A stretch of DNA of 56,331 bases, filler included, from Blastocystis sp. subtype 4 (taxonomy: Eukaryota), in NCBI RefSeq assembly GCF_000743755.1. It is 2 parts of 2 records of this genome, joined end to end, with 100 filler letters (N's around TTAATTAATTAA, not from the genome) between each part and the next. Parts side by side here need not be neighbours in the genome. Positions count along the whole stretch, not along the records: positions 28,265 to 56,331 come from NW_014569414.1; 1 more part is not named here. One strand, given 5' to 3'. Positions within the stretch are counted from its first letter, which is position 1, and every line of letters begins with the position of its first letter. The notes under the pieces are model-generated. The model was given only the letters and a program-made list of their open reading frames with translations. It was not told the origin of the DNA and did not search any database. The position numbers and the translations under genes were made by a program. Positions 50,515-56,331 of this stretch are shown here, in pieces.

Positions 50515-51510
50515 CTACGCAAATTCCTTCTCCAGTTGTCCCATACGGGTAACCATATTCTTTGCTGTTACAACCATTGTATTCTCAGGATTCACCTCTT
50601 CCAATTCTTTCAAGTACTTGTCAATCTCCTCCTCGGGCTTGTGAAGAATGCTCGATACGACCACTAGATTACGCAGTACACATTCATCACGACTATTCTA
50701 AAATTGATTCTTCAACCTGATCCTACTTTCGCATACTCATCCAAGAGTCCACTGTAACACTTTTCCACTTGAGCGGGATCCAATGCATGGTTATCACAAC
50801 GTAGATCACTCATCAGATAATTGGTTACTAACATGGGGCTTTCATTCAACTTATCCATAATTTCCCGATAGATATATGTGTTTTCTTTCATCTTCTCATT
50901 GTCCTATGTTCAACCAATAACAGTTTCGCCTACTCCATTCGAATTAAGCCATGTTTTGGCCAGTTGTGTGAGGATGTGGTCCTCATCAATCTTACACATC
51001 TGAGAATACACACCAGAAGCCTTGTCTGGTCGATTCATTCTGACCAGAGTATAAACAAGAACAGACAATTCTTCAATCGATTCGGCATTCTTCACAGATA
51101 AATATGCATGTTCATAGTCATTCTCGTTGTTGTAAATTGTGCAGGCTATAATACGCACTAATGAAGTATTTCCAAGCTCTTCGTTCAGAAGCAAGCCAAT
51201 TCTCTGTACACACTCAGCATGACTAGAAGAATCAGCAAAGTACTGAGCGAGAATCTGAATTGCTGACAGCTCAGCTGTCTTCATTGGATTCGAATCAATT
51301 GCAGCAAGAACCTCCTTGCTCTTACCCAAAGCGATCATGGAACGATAAACGTAGTACATCTTTTCCAAATTCTCTGCATCATTAGTAGTAGTTACACGAT
51401 TGGCTTCCTGAATGCAAGTCTTTCTCTTAGCTCAAACAAACTCATCCTACCTCAAAGTTGCCTATAAAAAACTGGCTACGAACCATATACAAGTGATCAG
51501 GTGCAGACAT
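50515..51510 (-). CDS. COPE: Coatomer subunit epsilon
   Basis: MSAPDHLYMVRSQFFIGNF, YVYRSMIALG, LVRMNRPDKA..MCKIDEDHILTQLA. TAG is followed after 4 nt by TGTTTGTT. Confidence 0.9.
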
Positions 51511-51666
51511 TGAATAAAGATAGTAAGAACTGAGTGAGTTTGGAAAGGTGACAGAAATCGACCCGTTTTTCGTTATCCTAGCTGATTCCTTAGTTCAAGT
51601 TGTTCACAGTATTTATTTCTTGTATTCGTTTCCTGTAGCCTGCTACTTTGATTACCGGACAGGACA

Positions 51667-53926
51667 ATGACAACAATCATGAAGGTCGCTTTCTTGTAGG
51701 AAATTTTAAGCAGAATGAATGTAATAGACTTGATAAAAAAGATGAGTTGGTAAAACGAGAGTTCGAGACTGTAAAGTCGATTGTGGATGAAAGTATCAGG
51801 CTGGGCTTGCAGTGGACTGTTTCGGTCATCGATCTCAACGAGAAAATGGAATATGTTATGGAAATGAATGTCATTGACTCCTAGACTAGTCTCCGACAGT
51901 TTGATTATCTCCTTTTCTTCCTGTTTACGCATAGTGAAGATCGAGATGTATATATAGAGAGGGAATTACTAGCTAGGCTTCCGTTCATCCTGAACTCTTG
52001 TTGTATATTCAGGATTTGGATGCTGATCATCGTGTAAGTCACGACATCTTCAAGAATGTGAAGGTTTCGGTTCTTTATGATGGAGCTGGCGATTGCATTG
52101 TTTGGTATGAATTTGTTGGGATGATGATGACAGCGATACACTACAAATGGATTTGACAAATCTTGGAGCATCAGAATTGCTTCGTTATGATTTCGGTCAC
52201 TGTACAATCGATAAGGTTCTTGATGGCCTCTTGAATGAGGAATAGAGTTATTTGAGCACAGTTTGGATTGTGGAATTACTGCAGAATACAGTCTTGAATG
52301 ATGAAGTGATCTGTGTTGAAAGTGGTGTGAAGCAGAATCTTGTTAGTTAGTTAGTATCGATGAATGAAGTGAGATATAGTCTTCGGAGTCTGGTGAGTAT
52401 GAAAACGCGTCGCAAACTGAAGGTTTGGTTGAAAGAACGGTAAGGATTTGCTAGAAAGATGAAGAATAGCGAACTGGAAGAGAAAGAAGAAATGGAACGA
52501 AAGGAAGCAAGTTGATGTGAATGATGCCATTAACAATAGAGGCTCGTGCTCTGGAGGGAGATGTTGAGGATCTGGTAAAGGAGAAGAGTGAAGAAATGAT
52601 TACGCGTGAACAGAGAGCCATCTTGACAAAGCAGGGTTATGCTGTAGTTGGTTCTCATAGTGCTGTGAAGCTCTGTCGATGGTCTAAGACACATCTGCGA
52701 GGGAATGGAGCTTGCTACAAACACACTTTCTATGGCCTTAATAGTGCCTCGTGTATGGAAGCAACACCCTCATTAGCATGTGCAAATCGCTGTCTGTTCT
52801 GTTGGAGACATCATAGTAATCCAACAGGAAGGTCATGGCGATGGAAGGTGGATTCGCCAGAGATGGTGTATGAAGGAATGGTCAGCAATCAGCGTGTATG
52901 AAAAGAACTGAGATATGAAGGATAGAGACTCATTCGTCAATTTGCTGGATGTGAAGGTGTGAAGAGTGAACGAGTTGATGAAGCTCTTGCTCTCAAACAT
53001 TGTGCATTATCATTGGTGGGTGAACCGATCATGTATCCACACATTGATCAATTCATTGATCTCCTTCATTCGTACTGTCATGTGATTATCTCATCACTAG
53101 ACATGGGACTTCATCATTCCTTGTCACCAATGCTCAGTTCCCAGAGGAGATTCGTCGTGTTCCTCCTGTCACTCAGTTCTATATCTCGTTGGACGGAAGT
53201 ACGAAAGAAGGATTGAAGAAGTTAGATCGACCCTTATTCCGTGACTACTGGGAACGGTTCAATTCTTGTGTAGAGGCAGTTCATGATCGAGTAGGAGTGT
53301 CTGTGAGAGAAATGAGAATAGAAAGAACGTACAGTGTTACGATTAACTCTTGTGAAAGGATATAACATGGAAGTAGAAGTAATGTGTGTGAATGAATCAT
53401 AGGATGTTGAAGGAGTGAGTAAGTTTGTGAAGGCGAGTTGTCCATCATTTGTTGAACTCAAAGGAATGACCTTCAGTGGTCAAGGTTGTATGTTAACTAT
53501 GGCTAATTGTCCATGGTACTCTGAAGTAGATCCTATGAGTGGAGTTGATGATAGGTGGTGGACTATGCTCAGAAACTGAATGCTCTTTTGGATGATTATG
53601 AAATCTCATGCGAACATGAACATAGTTGTTCTGTCCTTCTTACACATAAGAAATTCTTCTACAATGGTGTCTGGCATACATGGATCGATTTTGATAAGTT
53701 GAATTCTTCTTGTTTTGTGATTGATAGGTTCCAGGAACTGTATGCAAAATGGAAGAAAGATGGAACTCCGTTTGATGCCTTAGATTACTCGATTGAAACT
53801 CCTGTACAGATTGTGATCGTTTGGTTATTGTAGGCCTGGGCTGTGTACGGTTCAACAGAACAAGGATTTGATCCAAATGATGTTCGAAAGAAGAAAAAGA
53901 CTTGTGGAGCAGAAGAAGACTCATAA
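51667..53926 (+). CDS. TYW1: Radical-SAM wybutosine synthase TYW1 with a degenerate N-terminal flavodoxin-like domain
   Basis: KQGYAVVGSHSAVKLCRW, CYKHTFYG, CANRCLFCWRH, HCALSLVGEP, FVELKGMTF, CEHEHSC, TWIDFD, GFDP. Upstream exons (51667-52530) read as a flavodoxin-like fold. Confidence 0.9.
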
Positions 53927-53975
53927 ACAAAAGTAACAGGTTTGGTTTGCATTATCAGATACATACAACTGTTTG

Positions 53976-54360
53976 TTATATCTGTACACGAATTGTGTTG
54001 ACCATTGATTCTCCTTTGCAACTTGTCAAATCCTCCCATGGTATAGGAATTCTGCTCAGCAACTCTACCATGGATTCACTCATAAAGCAGGTTCCACAAC
54101 AATCCTTCTCAGAGTGTGTACAGCAATTGGTTTGTTGATAATCAAAGACCCACTGGACATCACCTTTGATCCCTTTCCATTCATTCTTTTTCTCAATGAA
54201 TACCAATAGTGAGGATCAACAGCCGAAAAACACAGCTGTAGGTAGTAGTCCTGGTAGGTTGTGGTCAAGTCGTTTAACCTACTAGCGACTATTGAGATGC
54301 AAACTATTGAAAAGGACACTACCGTGCAAGTAGAGAAACACCCAAGTGCAATAGTACATG
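53976..54360 (-). CDS. Small Cys-rich putative membrane protein
   Basis: Hydrophobic stretch, a 31-nt GT-AG intron, then QQTNCCTHSEKDCCGTC. Start not resolved. Confidence 0.35.
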
Positions 54361-54517
54361 TTTGGAAAGAGAGTAATGATGTAGGATGTTATCGCTCTAG
54401 GTGCAAAGAATCTTTCCCAGGCTGGAAGGTATGTTATTATAGTAGACTGTCAGACGTAGCGTATATGGTAAGGGTGACAAAGCACCAGGATCAAAGAGTG
54501 GTAGTTTCTATAGCGAG

Positions 54518-56146
54518 ATGGATCCTACATTGCTCCCTACAATCATTAAGAAGGGATCAACCATGATGGAGGAAGAATCGAAATCGAAGCCTTCGACCTG
54601 GGGTGACGTATTTAAGCGACCCTCTGTGATCGGTACAATCATAGGTGTACTTTGTGGCATCATATTGATGTTCATTCCTTTGGATCCCGACAATAGTTCA
54701 ATTCAAAAAACCTTGGGAATTCTTGTTATCATGGCAACTTGTTGGGTAACTGAAATCCTTCCATTGTCTGTAACAGCTTTATTCCCTGTAGTTTTATGTC
54801 CTTTGCTTGGTGTGTCATCAGCCAAATCGATTTCTTCACAGTATTTCAATGATACGATATTCATGTTCATGTCGGGCTTTTTGATCTCCCTTGCTATGGA
54901 GAAGTGGAATCTTCATTATCGAATTGCCTTGGCAATCACTTCATGTTTTGAGCGTCCTCGTTCAATTCTCTTTGGTGTCATGTTTGCAGCTTGGTTCTTG
55001 TCGATGTGGATCTCCAACACGGCAGCTGCTCTCATGATGGTAGCTAATATTACGGCTCTTGTTGAAACTCTTGAAGATCACTATGGTAAGAAGAAACTTG
55101 CTTCCTTCTCAAAGGCTGTTATGATTGGTATTGCATTTTCTTGTAATGTAGGTGGCTTTGCTACTCTGATTGGTACTCCTCCAAATATGACATTCAGTGA
55201 AGTCTTCCGAACTCGTTTCCCTCACAACGCCACAGATCCTAATAGTGCTCCTGAAATCACATTCTCCTCTTGGATGGTTGCTGTACTGCCTTCGAATTTC
55301 TTGTTCTTCATTCTTCTGTGGTTGTACTTCGCTATCTTCTACTGTCCTTCAGAGAAGGAACTCCGAATCGATCCTGGTTATTGTAAGGGAGAATATAAGA
55401 AGCTTGGAAAGGCTTCATATGAAGAGAAAGTGGTGTTCATTGCATTTGTTATTGTGGCTCTTCTGTGGCTGTTCCGTGCAGATTTGGGCGTAATTCCTGG
55501 TTGGAGCAATATTTTTGGTGCCAAAATAAAGAGCTATTTGAGTGATGCTACTGTGGGTATGTTGGTTGTGCTCTGCCTGTTCTTTATCCCTACTAAGAAG
55601 TCACTCAATCGCACATTGACTGAGAATGATGAAGCTACTATTCTTACCTGGAACACGGCTAAAGAAATGCCTTGGGATCTTGTCCTTCTCTTCGGAGGTG
55701 GCTTCGCATTGGCGTCAGCTTGTACGGACTCCGGTCTTTCGGTATGGATTGGTGAGAAGCTTCGAGGAATGGGATCATGGCCTCGCTTCGTGGCTATTCT
55801 CTGCATCACATTCGTTGTGTGTATTCTGACCTCCTTCACTTCGAACACGGCTACAGCCAATATCTTGTTGCCTGTGATGGTCGGTATTGCTCAACAGACT
55901 CGTATCAACCCGCTTCTGCTTATGGTTCCTGTTGCAATCGCTTGTTCGTGTGCCTTCTTATTGCCTGTTGGAACACCTCCAAACTTGGTTGTCTTTACTT
56001 CGAAGAGACTCACAATGTTGGATATGGTGAAGGCAGGTGCTATAACGACAGTCATTGCCGTTATCATCATCATGCTCATTACATTTGGAATGCTTCCTCT
56101 CGTCTATGATGTCAAAATCAACGAGTATCCAGCTTGGGCAGAATAG
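54518..56146 (+). CDS. SLC13/DASS sodium:dicarboxylate or sulfate symporter (intronless)
   Basis: 542-aa polytopic ORF; EILPLSVTAL, LHYRIAL, SMWISNTA, TLIGTPPN, LLFGGGFAL, TSNTAT, LPVGTPPN. Confidence 0.93.
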   Translation: MDPTLLPTIIKKGSTMMEEESKSKPSTWGDVFKRPSVIGTIIGVLCGIILMFIPLDPDNSSIQKTLGILVIMATCWVTEILPLSVTALFPVVLCPLLGVSSAKSISSQYFNDTIFMFMSGFLISLAMEKWNLHYRIALAITSCFERPRSILFGVMFAAWFLSMWISNTAAALMMVANITALVETLEDHYGKKKLASFSKAVMIGIAFSCNVGGFATLIGTPPNMTFSEVFRTRFPHNATDPNSAPEITFSSWMVAVLPSNFLFFILLWLYFAIFYCPSEKELRIDPGYCKGEYKKLGKASYEEKVVFIAFVIVALLWLFRADLGVIPGWSNIFGAKIKSYLSDATVGMLVVLCLFFIPTKKSLNRTLTENDEATILTWNTAKEMPWDLVLLFGGGFALASACTDSGLSVWIGEKLRGMGSWPRFVAILCITFVVCILTSFTSNTATANILLPVMVGIAQQTRINPLLLMVPVAIACSCAFLLPVGTPPNLVVFTSKRLTMLDMVKAGAITTVIAVIIIMLITFGMLPLVYDVKINEYPAWAE

Positions 56147-56209
56147 TAATGTTTGTTAGAATGGAAATACTATGAGTTGAACATTCCATAACTTTCTTGA
56201 AACAAACAC

Positions 56210-56331
56210 TTAAATCATATGTTGTTTATTCCTAGAAACGAGGAAGAGCTGAATTCTTGCTCATTTCCAAATCATACTTGTGTCCAAACAGTTCTCGAAT
56301 ATTCTTACAATGATACTTGATCATTGTTGGT
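56210..56331 (-). CDS. 3' end of an unidentified gene entering from the right edge
   Basis: Short frame with a possible intron, ending TAA followed by TGTTTGTT (minus strand, 56208-56201). Confidence 0.35.

Noticed and set aside
35109..53926. Apparent functional clustering (ELP2/TRMO/TYW1; ALG1/ALG8; splicing factors)
   Set aside because: Mixed strands and interspersed unrelated genes. Expected by chance in a compact housekeeping-rich genome.
1..56331. Alternative genetic code or pseudogenes to explain fragmented ORFs
   Set aside because: In the genes traced by hand, in-frame stops and frame changes fall inside ~30-nt GT-AG introns whose removal restores conserved proteins.

Overview
Very gene-dense, AT-rich eukaryotic DNA with about 28 protein genes split by many ~30-nt GT-AG introns, two tRNAs (Met-CAT, Arg-ACG) and a 100-nt scaffold gap carrying a synthetic TTAATTAATTAA linker. 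Three features point to the anaerobic stramenopile Blastocystis (inference): tiny introns, a TGTTTGTT-type element 4 nt after transcript ends, and an organelle-targeted [FeFe]-hydrogenase-flavodoxin fusion. Recognisable genes: SF3A3, MIC10 (missed by the ORF track), a multi-PHD protein, a ferric reductase, a USP, a WDR25-like protein, PRPF31, a GNPTAB-like protein, AK6, ELP2, hydA, RPAIN, ALG1, TRMO, ALG8, a kinesin-6-like protein, CWC2, COPE, TYW1 and an SLC13 transporter. Several genes appear to get their stop codon only by poly(A) addition (T+AA), which is known for Blastocystis. The most striking pattern is that 6 of 8 convergent Pol II gene junctions place the two opposite-strand 3'-end elements back to back as a 15-16 bp quasi-palindrome. 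Also noted: an unexplained structured RNA candidate with an Sm-like site and a TYW1 with a degenerate flavodoxin domain. Exon boundaries were derived by eye and are approximate.
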